This document shows, one piece after another, positions 38,853 to 48,720 of a stretch of DNA of 64,000 nt. This DNA comes from an uncultured Planctomycetaceae bacterium (GTDB taxonomy: Bacteria; Planctomycetota; Planctomycetia; Planctomycetales; Planctomycetaceae), in assembly GCA_963976765.1 (NCBI GenBank), contig CAXBME010000003.1, forward strand, positions 62,001-126,000, written 5' to 3'. The translations under genes were made by a program, and so were the position numbers. How positions within the stretch are numbered: position 1 is the stretch's first letter; each line of letters begins with the position of its first letter. A model generated the notes under the pieces. It saw nothing but the letters and a program-made list of their open reading frames with translations, was not told where the DNA came from and made no database searches.

Positions 38853-40208
38853 ATGAATGAACCTGTTTCTGCTGTCGTAACATCACGTCCCTGGTATCAG
38901 CGAATCGGTCCTGGTCTGATTACTGCCTGCGTTGTGATCGGCCCAGGCAGCATCCTGACCAGCTCGACCGTCGGAGCGAACAACGCTTACTCGATGCTGT
39001 GGATCGTGGCAGTCTCGGTCGTCTTTATGATGTTCTACATGACGATGGGGGCACGGCTCGGTGTGCTGGCTGAAAAAGCTCCGGGTGATCTTATTCGTGA
39101 ACGGGCCGGCAGGTGGCTCTCGATTCTTGTCGGAGTCAGCGTATTTTTTATCTCGGCGGCGTTTCAGTCCGGGAACAACATCGGAGTGGGTGCCGCGTTT
39201 GAAGCGTTCATCGATAACAAGACGGTCGTTGCCTGTTTGATCGTCGGCTTTAACGTGATCGCCATTTCGTTCCTGTTCCTCTTCAGGAATCTCTACCAGA
39301 TGCTGGAACGCGTCATGATGGTTTTTGTCGGGCTGATGCTGGTCAGCTTTGCAATCAACCTCCTGCGACTGCAGCCGGATGTCGGAGCGATGGCCCAGGG
39401 TTTTGTTCCGTCATTCGGCAACATCGACCTCGCCGTGCTTGGTCTGGTGGGGACGACATTTGTGATCACAGCGGCGTACTATCAGGCTTACCTGGTCCGT
39501 CAGAAAGGCTGGAAAGAGCCGGAACTGCAAAGCGGGTTGATCGACGCCCGCATCGGTTCCGGCATCATGTTCCTGATAACGCTGATGCTGGTGTCGACAG
39601 CCGCTGCCGGGATCTACAACGGACAGCCAGTAAAACTGTCCAGCCCGATTGCTGTGGCAGCCGCGCTGGAGCCGACATTCGGACAAAGTGGGAAAATCAT
39701 CTTCTGCTTCGGATTGTTCTCTGCCGCATATTCTTCGTTTCTCGTGAACTCGATGATCGGCGGCTTCATTCTGGCCGACAGTCTGGGACTGGGCAGTAAG
39801 CCATCTGACTTGTGGCCGAGGCTTCTGACAACCGCCGCACTCCTAACTGGCATGATCATCGCGCTGGCAACGATGCTTCTCGGTTTCGACCGAACTCCGA
39901 CGATCATTGCCGCGCAGGCCGTCACCGTCCTCGGTGCTCCACTAATCGCCATCGTCCTGCTGTGGCTGACCAGTCGGGAAGACGTCATGGGGAAGGCGAA
40001 AAACGGAGTCATTCTGAAAACGGTTGGTGGTTTAGGACTCGTTCTGCTTCTGGCAATGGCCTATCGAACCGCCTTTGTCTCGATCCCCGCGACGTGGAAC
40101 AACTGGAGGAATCCTCCAACGGTCATGGTGCCGACCAAGACGGTGAGTTCTGTTACCTCGCCGCTGGAAAACAGAAGCGAACTGCAGGAAAGTCAGGACG
40201 GAGAATGA
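38853..40208 (+). CDS. NRAMP-superfamily membrane transporter (lacks DPGN metal motif)
   Basis: About 11 TMs; RIGPGLITACVVIGPGS, LVGTT, GLFSAAYSSF; ATG 38853. Confidence 0.82.
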   Translation: MNEPVSAVVTSRPWYQRIGPGLITACVVIGPGSILTSSTVGANNAYSMLWIVAVSVVFMMFYMTMGARLGVLAEKAPGDLIRERAGRWLSILVGVSVFFISAAFQSGNNIGVGAAFEAFIDNKTVVACLIVGFNVIAISFLFLFRNLYQMLERVMMVFVGLMLVSFAINLLRLQPDVGAMAQGFVPSFGNIDLAVLGLVGTTFVITAAYYQAYLVRQKGWKEPELQSGLIDARIGSGIMFLITLMLVSTAAAGIYNGQPVKLSSPIAVAAALEPTFGQSGKIIFCFGLFSAAYSSFLVNSMIGGFILADSLGLGSKPSDLWPRLLTTAALLTGMIIALATMLLGFDRTPTIIAAQAVTVLGAPLIAIVLLWLTSREDVMGKAKNGVILKTVGGLGLVLLLAMAYRTAFVSIPATWNNWRNPPTVMVPTKTVSSVTSPLENRSELQESQDGE

Positions 40209-41626
40209 GCGTCGGAAAGACTACGGACATTCGTGTCATCGCCGCAGATCTTTATCTGCTTCCCGTGCAGACTCGAGTGCCGCTCAAATTCGGGCCGGAG
40301 GTTTTGACGGAGGTCACGTGCGCTCGTGTCAAAGTCACAGTCGAGGGCCGCGACGGTCGGACCGCGCACGGCTGGGGAGAGACGCCGCTCAACGTGCAGT
40401 GGGCGTGGCCGAGTTCGCTGACTTATGCGGCCCGACACGATCGTCTGGTCGATTTCTGCCGACGGATTGCTGCGGCATGGATCGACTTCGAAGGCACAGG
40501 TCATCCGCTTGAGATTGGTTCGGATTTTCTGACGCTCGTCCTGCCAGAGTTGATTGAGTCGGCAAACGCGACTGAAATTGCTCAGGAAGCGATGCCGTAT
40601 CTGGCCGCCCTGGTTTGCAGCAGTGCGTTCGATGTCGCGATGCATGACGCGTATGGGGTTCTTCACGAGCGGGACATTTACGATCTCTACGGACCGGAAC
40701 ATCTCTCAAGAGATCTCGCTGCCTTCCTGGAACCGGCGGCGGATGCGCGCGCCGTTTCGTTTGCCAGTCGCTGGCCGTCGGAGTTTCTCGTTAAGAATGG
40801 TCGAACCGTCAATGCGTCGCTTGCAGCCTGGCACCTGGTGGGTGGCCTCGACCCACTGACCAGAGAAGACTGTCGCGGGGACGAACCCGACGACGGCTAT
40901 CCGGTCACTCTTTCCGAGTGGATCGAGCGGGACGGCCTGAACTGTCTCAAAGTCAAACTGCGAGGCAACGATCAGAAATGGGATTACGATCGGATCGTCA
41001 ATGTCGGGCAACTGGCAGTCGCGCATGACTGCGAGTGGCTGACCGCCGATTTCAACTGCACGGTGACCGATCCTGAGTACGTCAACGAGATTCTCGATCG
41101 GCTGCGCGACGAGCACTCGCGTCTGTACGGGATGTTGCTCTACATCGAGCAGCCACTTCCGTACGAGCTTGACCGAGACCGCATCGACGCGCGAAGCATC
41201 GCAGCACGCAAGCCGGTGTTTCTCGACGAGAGCGCTCACGACTGGCTGCACGTCAGACTTGGTCGAGAACTCGGCTGGTCAGGAGTCGCTCTCAAAACGT
41301 GCAAGACTCAGACGGGGGCAATCCTTAGCCTCTGCTGGGCAAAGGCTCATGGTATGCCGCTGATGGTTCAGGATCTGGCGAATCCAATGCTCGCTCAGAT
41401 TTCGCATTTGAGACTCGCAGCTCACGCCGGCACGATCATGGGCGTCGAGACGAACAGCATGCAGTTTTACCCGGACGCGTCTCTACCGGAATCGCGGGTC
41501 CACTGCGAAATGTTCCGCCGCCGAAACGGGCACGTCGACCTTTCATCGCTCGCCCCCACGGGATTCGGATTTCGCGTCGACGAAATTGGCCGAGAGCTGC
41601 CGCAACCCATCGATGCGGCTCGATAA
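40205..41626 (+). CDS. Mandelate racemase/muconate lactonizing enzyme (enolase superfamily) protein
   Basis: ATGA overlap with the transporter; GWGE, LKVKL, TADFN, IEQP, LDES, ALKTCK. Confidence 0.85.
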   Translation: MSVGKTTDIRVIAADLYLLPVQTRVPLKFGPEVLTEVTCARVKVTVEGRDGRTAHGWGETPLNVQWAWPSSLTYAARHDRLVDFCRRIAAAWIDFEGTGHPLEIGSDFLTLVLPELIESANATEIAQEAMPYLAALVCSSAFDVAMHDAYGVLHERDIYDLYGPEHLSRDLAAFLEPAADARAVSFASRWPSEFLVKNGRTVNASLAAWHLVGGLDPLTREDCRGDEPDDGYPVTLSEWIERDGLNCLKVKLRGNDQKWDYDRIVNVGQLAVAHDCEWLTADFNCTVTDPEYVNEILDRLRDEHSRLYGMLLYIEQPLPYELDRDRIDARSIAARKPVFLDESAHDWLHVRLGRELGWSGVALKTCKTQTGAILSLCWAKAHGMPLMVQDLANPMLAQISHLRLAAHAGTIMGVETNSMQFYPDASLPESRVHCEMFRRRNGHVDLSSLAPTGFGFRVDEIGRELPQPIDAAR

Positions 41627-41954
41627 GTCGCTGAGCTTTGATCGCGTTGCCCCGTCTGTTCAGACCATTTTCATGGTTTCTGTGCAGGAGCTGGCACCCG
41701 AAATAACAATTGTTCGCTTTGTGGCCAACCTGCAGAACATTGAAAATGAATTCTGAAAGTGCTCTGGAAACCGCGTCATCGGTGCGGTCACTTGTGAGCA
41801 GATTCAGACAGTCACTCGCCGATCGAACCAGCAACGCAATCCTTGCGGCCGGAATATCCGGCAAAGGTTCATCCAGCCCCGGCGAAAATGCCGAGAAAGA
41901 ATCAAGTCCGGCGTTGCCGGTGCGCGCTCTCATGACGACTACAAACGAGAACGG

Positions 41955-44900
41955 ATGTGTTCTGCGATGCGGAAGCTTGATGACCGATCTTTACCTGCAA
42001 CGTCCACCTGTCTTTCAAATCGACCGCTCATTGCTGCTGGTTGGTTTTCGATTGGCCTGACGCTGCTTGCACTGATGATGTTCCCTGCCGGCGTTTCCGC
42101 GCAGGGTGTCAAGCATGCCGTCCTGCTTCAACCCGCCACTCCCGGTGAGCAAATCACGACAGAAATCATTGAGGCTCGCCGCAAAGAAGTGGCCGAATCA
42201 ACCGACCTCAGTGACGAAGTTAAGAAGAAGGCCGACGAGCATCTGAAAGTTGCGTCTGAGGGCTTGAAACGAATTTCGGAACTCGCCGCCGCCGCCGCTC
42301 AGTTCAAGGTTGACACAGACGAGGTTCAGTCCCGAGTCGCGGATAGAAAGCGACGACTGGCCGATCTGCAGACTCTGAAACCAGAGTTGCCGAAACTTGC
42401 AACGCTGGCGGAACTTGAGCAGGAACGATCGAAGCGTGATGTTCAGCTCACAGAACTGAAGACCGTGCTGGCGCAGATTGAGGGTGAACCAACCGCGCGA
42501 GCGAATCGTCGAAAAGAGATTCGAGCTTTACTCCTGTCAGCGACTCAGCGGGCAGCAGACCTTGAAAAGCAGCTGGTCAGTCCGCCACCTGCTGACGAAT
42601 CTGCCCTGCTGACTCAGGCTCGGCTGACGGAACTTCGAGTACGACGGCTGTTAATTGACGCTGAACAGCCGGCTCTGCAGAACGAACTGACAAAGTACGA
42701 CGCTGAAGATGCAGCCGACTTCGTTCGCCTGGAACGCGACGTTCGAACCCAGGAAGTCCTCCTGGTTGAAGCTGAGCTGAAGCTGATCGATGAAGAAATC
42801 GCGAAACGTCGCGCGGAAGAGAATGCCGCCGCACTGAAACGTGCTCGCGACGAAGCCATTGCTGCCGAGCCGCTCCTTCAGAGTGACGCCGATCTCAACA
42901 AAGAGCTGGCCGAAAAGGCTGTCAAGCTGAGTACTCCGATCGACGAGACACGTACGAAACTCGAAGCAACTAAACTTCGACTCGACGGTGTGCAGAAACA
43001 GTTCACGGAAATTCAGAAGAAAGTCGACAACATCGGCCTCAGTGATGCCATTGGCGGACTCCTGCGTCGACAACGAAGTGAATTGCCGAACGTTCTCAAG
43101 CGTCAGGCAAACGTTTTGAATCGACGCGAGCAGATCGAAGATGCCCAGTACGAACTCTTCGAAGCGGACGATCAGCGCGCACGTCTCGCAAACCGCGACC
43201 CGTTTGTGGCCGAAATTCTGGGCAAGGCTTCCCCGGGCATGTCAGAAGCTGAGCTTGCCAGACTTGAGACTGCGGCGCGAGACGTTTTCGACCGTCGCGC
43301 CGAGTATCTCGATCAGTTGATCAGAAGTTCGAACACATATCTCGACACGCTCTTCGAACTCGATCAGACCGAGCAGCTTCTGATCGCTGAAACGAATCGT
43401 TACATCACCTATATCGACGAGCGAGTCCTTTGGATCCGCAGCAACAAACCACTGTTTTCAAAACTTGACCTTGACACTTCGGACCAGACTTTTTTTGAAC
43501 CAGCAGGCTGGGTCGCGACATGGGAAAAGTTCATCGAAGATGTCAGTGAAAATCTGCCACTTCACGCGGTCGCATTACTGCTGTTCGCAATTCTCATTCT
43601 GCTGAGACCAAGATTTCGGCGAGAGCTGAACCAGGCGGGCACACTGGCTCGTCGAGGAAACTGCACGTCTTTCGAACCTACCTGGCATGCTACGTGGTGT
43701 ACGATTCTGATGTCAGTCACCTGGCCGGGGCTCATGTGGTTCTTCGGAAACCGCTTGTCGATTGTTTCCAGCGGCCCGACTTTTCCACTGGCAGTCGGGG
43801 CTGGCTTAACAGCAACCGCCTGGTGCTATTTGCCGCTGGAGCTGCTCCGTCGAATCTGCCGTACAGGTGGCCTGGCCGACAACCACTTTGACTGGCCGGA
43901 TTCGAGTATCCGTTTGTTTCGTGTCACATTACCCGGCCTGACGATGTTCGGCCTGCCACTCGTATTTCTCACGACAACGCTCTACATGAGTGACACTGAA
44001 CACGGCCTCGATGTCCTCGAACGAACAGGCTTCGTGGCAGCAGCACTCGTACTGGCAGTTTTTCTGCGGCGAGTATTTCGACCCGACACGGGGGTGCTGT
44101 GCGAACTTCTGGTCACTCATCCAACCGGCTGGCTGGTACAAACCAAATGGCTGTGGTACTGGGGCAGTGTATTGGCCCCAGTAAGCCTGGCGATTCTGAC
44201 AATTGCCGGTTTTTACTACACAGCTCAGCAGCTTTCGTGGCGGCTGTTCGCGATGATCGTGCTGGTCCTCGCTCTGCAACTGGTTCGAGCATTGCTGCAA
44301 CGGCTGCTGATCGTGCAACGTCGCAAACTCAGCATCGAACACGCCAAACAACGACGTCTTGAACTGATGGCAAGAAAGGAAGCGGCGGAACACGCAGCAG
44401 CAGCAGTCAAGGCCGCAGAAGCAGCGTCCAATCAGAATGCTGAAGAATCGAAATCGACAGGCTCAACGACAACAACAAAGCGAATTGCCAGCGAATCGCC
44501 AACGGTTCCCGCGCCGGCGACTCCGGCAATGATCGTCCCGGCGGAAGAATTGCGAGCCGACGTCGAAGCGAGCACCGAGCAAAGTCGCCGCCTGCTGAGC
44601 ATTGCCGTTGTGACAACATCACTGGTTGGAGTCTGGTTGATCTGGGTCGACGCTCTACCTGCGCTGCGAATTCTTGATCAGTGGCAACTTTGGGCAACGA
44701 CTGTCGAAGTCTCGGCAGAAGATGTGGGGCTTGCCAGTTCACCAATGCCAGGGATGGGAGCTGGACAGTCTCAATCCGCATCGGCATCAGAGTCCGCCAA
44801 ACAGGAACTCGTTACGGTCGTTCGATACGTCACACCGCGCGACATCGGTCTGGCATTGCTGCTGGTAATGATGACAGTCGCGTGCGCCCGAAATATTCCC

Positions 44901-45656
44901 GGCCTGATGGAAATGTGGATCCTGCAGCGGCTTCCGCTGGATCAGTCAGTCCGTTACGCCGTCACAACACTGACAAGTTATCTCATCATTCTGCTGGGGG
45001 TCATTCTCAGTTTTAACGCGATCTCCGTCGGCTGGTCGAAGGTGCAATGGCTGGCGACGGCTTTGACGTTTGGTCTCGCGTTCGGCCTGCAGGAGATATT
45101 TGCCAACTTCGTCGCCGGTTTGATTCTTCTTTTCGAACGGCCCATCCGCATTGGCGATGTTGTCACCGTGGACGAAATTTCGGGAGTCGTTTCCCGCATC
45201 CGCATTCGAGCAACAACGATCACGAACTGGGATCGCAAGGAGTATGTGATTCCAAACAAAGAATTCATCACCGGACGAATGCTGAACTGGACATTGTCCG
45301 ACAAGGTGAATCGGGTCGTTATCAACGTGGGTATCGCGTACGGCTCCGATGTTGAAAAAGCAAAAGCCCTGCTGCTTCAAGTGTGCAATGATCATCCACT
45401 GATACTGGATGATCCTGCCCCCAGAGCAACGTTCGAAGGGTTCGGCGACAATACTTTGAACTTTGTCATCCGTACTTACCTGCCGGACCTGGACAACCGC
45501 CTGTCGGTCATCGACGCTCTTCACACGAATATCGACCGAGTGTTCCGGGAAGCGAAGATCGAAATTGCGTTTCCGCAACGAGATCTGCACTTGCGGTCCG
45601 TCGATCCAGCGGTGGCAAATGCTCTGCGAGGCAGCACCCCGCCAACAGCGGCGTAG
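41955..45656 (+). CDS. MscK/KefA-like mechanosensitive channel
   Basis: Long periplasmic coiled coil, multi-TM region, MscS core GLAFGLQEIFANFVAGLILLFERPIRIGD...IPNKEFITG...IAFPQRDLH. Confidence 0.92.
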   Translation: MCSAMRKLDDRSLPATSTCLSNRPLIAAGWFSIGLTLLALMMFPAGVSAQGVKHAVLLQPATPGEQITTEIIEARRKEVAESTDLSDEVKKKADEHLKVASEGLKRISELAAAAAQFKVDTDEVQSRVADRKRRLADLQTLKPELPKLATLAELEQERSKRDVQLTELKTVLAQIEGEPTARANRRKEIRALLLSATQRAADLEKQLVSPPPADESALLTQARLTELRVRRLLIDAEQPALQNELTKYDAEDAADFVRLERDVRTQEVLLVEAELKLIDEEIAKRRAEENAAALKRARDEAIAAEPLLQSDADLNKELAEKAVKLSTPIDETRTKLEATKLRLDGVQKQFTEIQKKVDNIGLSDAIGGLLRRQRSELPNVLKRQANVLNRREQIEDAQYELFEADDQRARLANRDPFVAEILGKASPGMSEAELARLETAARDVFDRRAEYLDQLIRSSNTYLDTLFELDQTEQLLIAETNRYITYIDERVLWIRSNKPLFSKLDLDTSDQTFFEPAGWVATWEKFIEDVSENLPLHAVALLLFAILILLRPRFRRELNQAGTLARRGNCTSFEPTWHATWCTILMSVTWPGLMWFFGNRLSIVSSGPTFPLAVGAGLTATAWCYLPLELLRRICRTGGLADNHFDWPDSSIRLFRVTLPGLTMFGLPLVFLTTTLYMSDTEHGLDVLERTGFVAAALVLAVFLRRVFRPDTGVLCELLVTHPTGWLVQTKWLWYWGSVLAPVSLAILTIAGFYYTAQQLSWRLFAMIVLVLALQLVRALLQRLLIVQRRKLSIEHAKQRRLELMARKEAAEHAAAAVKAAEAASNQNAEESKSTGSTTTTKRIASESPTVPAPATPAMIVPAEELRADVEASTEQSRRLLSIAVVTTSLVGVWLIWVDALPALRILDQWQLWATTVEVSAEDVGLASSPMPGMGAGQSQSASASESAKQELVTVVRYVTPRDIGLALLLVMMTVACARNIPGLMEMWILQRLPLDQSVRYAVTTLTSYLIILLGVILSFNAISVGWSKVQWLATALTFGLAFGLQEIFANFVAGLILLFERPIRIGDVVTVDEISGVVSRIRIRATTITNWDRKEYVIPNKEFITGRMLNWTLSDKVNRVVINVGIAYGSDVEKAKALLLQVCNDHPLILDDPAPRATFEGFGDNTLNFVIRTYLPDLDNRLSVIDALHTNIDRVFREAKIEIAFPQRDLHLRSVDPAVANALRGSTPPTAA

Positions 45657-45686
45657 TCCACAGGAGTTGCTGACCGTTTCTCTCGG

Positions 45687-46220
45687 GTGAGAATTCATAA
45701 AATGTCATCGCTGGTTACTCTCGAATATCGAGATAAAATCGGCGTCATGAGCACTTGCACTCCCCGATTTTCGACCAGCACATTGACACCCGGTGTCGCA
45801 CACCGGTGGTTGTCGTTTGCCGGATTCGGTTTGGTGGCTGTGGTCGTTTGTCTGCTCGTCGCCTTGGCATTCACCGTAACCAGCGTCGAGAACCAATCGT
45901 CGCTGGCTGGGTGTGTTGAGTCTTCGTCGTCTTACCAGAGCGAGACGCCCAGCTCCACTGGTGTATCCGGTTTGGACAACGAGAGCGGCTGGACGGTTAA
46001 GTCTCAGTCTCTGCCGGATGGTCATCCTGCTGAAAATCAGGTGGCGTCACGCCGTACGGTTGAACTTCGCTGGTCAATCGACTCCGTCAGCTATCGGACT
46101 TCCGTTGGACGACGACTGATTTTGACTCCGTCGACAGGATGCCATCCGCCGATGCGCTCCGTCGCGATGTCTGTGGGGCATCCGACCCTGGTGAGTTTGA
46201 GAATTCGTCTGCAGGCATAG
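45687..46220 (+). CDS. Hypothetical single-TM protein
   Basis: One TM, Ser-rich region, C-terminus PTLVSLRIRLQA; start uncertain. Confidence 0.4.
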   Translation: MRIHKMSSLVTLEYRDKIGVMSTCTPRFSTSTLTPGVAHRWLSFAGFGLVAVVVCLLVALAFTVTSVENQSSLAGCVESSSSYQSETPSSTGVSGLDNESGWTVKSQSLPDGHPAENQVASRRTVELRWSIDSVSYRTSVGRRLILTPSTGCHPPMRSVAMSVGHPTLVSLRIRLQA

Positions 46221-46464
46221 GACTGACGACGCGCCGACCATGACTTTCAGCTGGCCGGTCGTGACTCGACCCTTCGCACTCATGTTGCCTGATCAGAATC
46301 GATTCCTGACCTGTTTTACGGTTGCTTGTTGGATCACGTATTCAGCATCAGGCGGGTCACAGATTCGGTCTTCCTGGCGACGGAGCATCAGAATGCTGAT
46401 GCTCAGACTCTCTTACATCCCAACGGCCCCTTGTGGTCGAATTTTCTTCTCAAGGTCAATAAAC

Positions 46465-47046
46465 ATGTCTGCTCATAAAGTCGTTCGCTATTCCGTTTTT
46501 TCAGTCGATTCAAATGATCGGTCGATATCCGCGGTTCTTCCAGAGGCAATCGGACTTGCTGACGCGGGAGACGTCGAACGTGCCCTCCAGCTAATCAAGA
46601 CCATCGGAAAATCTTCCGACGCTTCAATCAATGCCCGCAGTGTCTGCCTGATGCGTCTTGGACGCTACGATGAAGCTCGAGATGTCATGCGTGGAGTCGT
46701 TTTTCAGAAAGGAACGACATGGCTGAAGCCTGAGACTCCGGTCATTTATCGAGCCAATTTCTGCCTGGCCCTGCTTTTATCCGGGCATCCAGGTGGTTGC
46801 CGGAGCCTGCTGACCGAAGTGGCAGAACAGGGCCATCCGTCGATACTGCGGCTGTACCAGACGCTTGAAAACTGGAGAAAGATGTTGACCTTCTGGCAAC
46901 GTCTGCAATGGGCTGCGGGTCTGGATCCGGAATCGCCAGTTGTCCTGGATTTTGTACCAGGTGAATTCATGGAATCGTTCTCGGCTCCAACGTCTACCGG
47001 CAATGTTCCGGATTCAAACGTGATGCCCGCCAGCCAGGCGGTCTGA
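46465..47046 (+). CDS. Hypothetical TPR-like protein
   Basis: GDVERALQLI, NARSVCLMRLGRYDEA helical pair; ATG 46465 after AAGG. Confidence 0.6.
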   Translation: MSAHKVVRYSVFSVDSNDRSISAVLPEAIGLADAGDVERALQLIKTIGKSSDASINARSVCLMRLGRYDEARDVMRGVVFQKGTTWLKPETPVIYRANFCLALLLSGHPGGCRSLLTEVAEQGHPSILRLYQTLENWRKMLTFWQRLQWAAGLDPESPVVLDFVPGEFMESFSAPTSTGNVPDSNVMPASQAV

Positions 47047-47086
47047 TTAAGCGTTCAACCATTTGACGCGCATTAAGTCAACCACT

Positions 47087-47133
47087 CGATCAGCAACAGT
47101 CTGCCGCTCTTTGCTGAAGACTGTTGCTGATCG
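47087..47133. terminator. 16-bp perfect hairpin between convergent genes
   Basis: CGATCAGCAACAGTCT-15 nt-AGACTGTTGCTGATCG, 40 nt after the 47046 stop; no clear U-tract. Confidence 0.55.
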
Positions 47134-47346
47134 TTCAGAACAGCGAAAACGACGCAAGTTGTGCTGGTGAATATCTCACTTCTCGCCGCGGGAGGCATCT
47201 CGCTGACATCAATGTTGCGAGAAATCCACCGGAACTAATGATGTTGCCTGCAGCGGATGCTCTCTGCGAAGTGCAAACTTCCGCGACGCTGACTGATTCT
47301 GATCGGGAGCCGAGCTTCGTCGTTTGTCTTCGTTCAAGACAAGGGC

Positions 47347-48684
47347 TTACTTACTCCCGCTCAGACGTTTGAGGCGAATCCGGCGGTACTCCATCTGGCC
47401 ACGGTCGCCTTCGAGACCGATCGGACCAGACTCCGGAACGGCCATGTCATCGGTCAGAAGTTCGCCGTTGCAGGTTGCATGAGCGATGCCGCCTTTAACC
47501 GTGACGACAAGTTCGTTCCAGCCGCCGGCCTTGTAGTTCTTCAATTCTGTGTAAGGGCCAGCCAGCAGAAAATCACGACACTGAAGCTGCGGTTTGCGAA
47601 TGAAGACTCCGCTATCGGCATTCGGAGTCGCTCGAAATTCCAGCTTGAGCACAAAGTCGTCGCCGAATTCTTCGGTCGTCCAGAGCTGCTGAATTCTCCG
47701 TCCTTCGGCAGGCGTCGTCACAACAAGTCGCCCGTTGACCACAACATAACGTCCGTCGCTGCTCGCCAGTTTTCCATCGAATGAGACGGCTTCTTTGATT
47801 TCAACAAACACCGGAGCATCCGGGCGAGGACTCTTTGGTTGCCTGCGAGGTGGCGTCGGACGGAAGCCCCATCCAGTCAAGTCTCGTCCGTTGAAGAGGC
47901 TGACAAACTCTGGCTCCAGCCTGAAGTCGTCGGGTTCGGTTTCGACGAACCCAAGCGTCGCAAAGACGGGCTGCAGAGCAGCAGCCCAACGGTCGTAGCC
48001 TTCGGCGTTCAAGTGAAGCCGGTCGCGGAACCACTTCGGATCAGCATCTCCGCTTTTGTCGGCAAACAGCGTCCACGTATCGACGACGGTGACCTGCGAG
48101 TCTCCTCTGACCGCAGCGTCGTAGAACTCGTTGACTCGCTGAATGATCTCTTTCGGTCGTTTCATTTCAGCAGAGCTTGGAAACACACGGCAGAGGACTA
48201 CCGGGGTCTTGGGATTGTGCTGCTTGATCGCCGCCAGAATCTTCTCAAAATTTCGCCCGATCGCGCCGGCATCAATCTGAACCTCAACATCGTTTGTGCC
48301 AAGCAGCAGGACAATCGCGCTGGGGTTCAGAGCGAGCACGTCTTCCGTCAGCCGGATCAGCATCCCGCGAGTCGTGTCGCCGCCGATGCCTCGATTCGCC
48401 AGTTTCATTCCTGAGAACTTGTCCCGGAAGTCTGCCCCCCAGCCCTGAGTAATGGAGTCGCCGAGGAAGACAACCGCTCCCTGATCCTGCTTGACTCGCT
48501 TGGCCCATGCCGCACGAAGCTGAGGCCACCTTTTGACGTAACCTTCGTATCGACGAAGGGCGCCTTCACCAGGCAATCCATCTTCAGATGCCGGAAACGC
48601 AAACGGTTCAGCAGCAACTGCGGCAGTGTCGCACAACGATGCGGCAACAATCAGGGCAAGGAACAATCGAAAGATGTCAGTCAT
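47347..48684 (-). CDS. GDSL/SGNH esterase fused to DUF1080 (3-keto-disaccharide hydrolase-like) domain
   Basis: FLGDSIT, NRGIGGD, GTND, DRLHLN; then SLFNGRDLTGW, ADSGVFIR, GPIGLEGD. Confidence 0.9.
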   Translation of the reverse strand: MTDIFRLFLALIVAASLCDTAAVAAEPFAFPASEDGLPGEGALRRYEGYVKRWPQLRAAWAKRVKQDQGAVVFLGDSITQGWGADFRDKFSGMKLANRGIGGDTTRGMLIRLTEDVLALNPSAIVLLLGTNDVEVQIDAGAIGRNFEKILAAIKQHNPKTPVVLCRVFPSSAEMKRPKEIIQRVNEFYDAAVRGDSQVTVVDTWTLFADKSGDADPKWFRDRLHLNAEGYDRWAAALQPVFATLGFVETEPDDFRLEPEFVSLFNGRDLTGWGFRPTPPRRQPKSPRPDAPVFVEIKEAVSFDGKLASSDGRYVVVNGRLVVTTPAEGRRIQQLWTTEEFGDDFVLKLEFRATPNADSGVFIRKPQLQCRDFLLAGPYTELKNYKAGGWNELVVTVKGGIAHATCNGELLTDDMAVPESGPIGLEGDRGQMEYRRIRLKRLSGSK

Positions 48685-48720
48685 GGTTCTATTGGCTTTC
48701 TGCTGCCGAAATGAGGAGAG

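Noticed and set aside
39812..40204. N-terminal 131 aa of the 604-aa enolase-family ORF
   Set aside because: Overlaps the transporter gene in another frame; the ATGA-coupled start at 40205 is more plausible.
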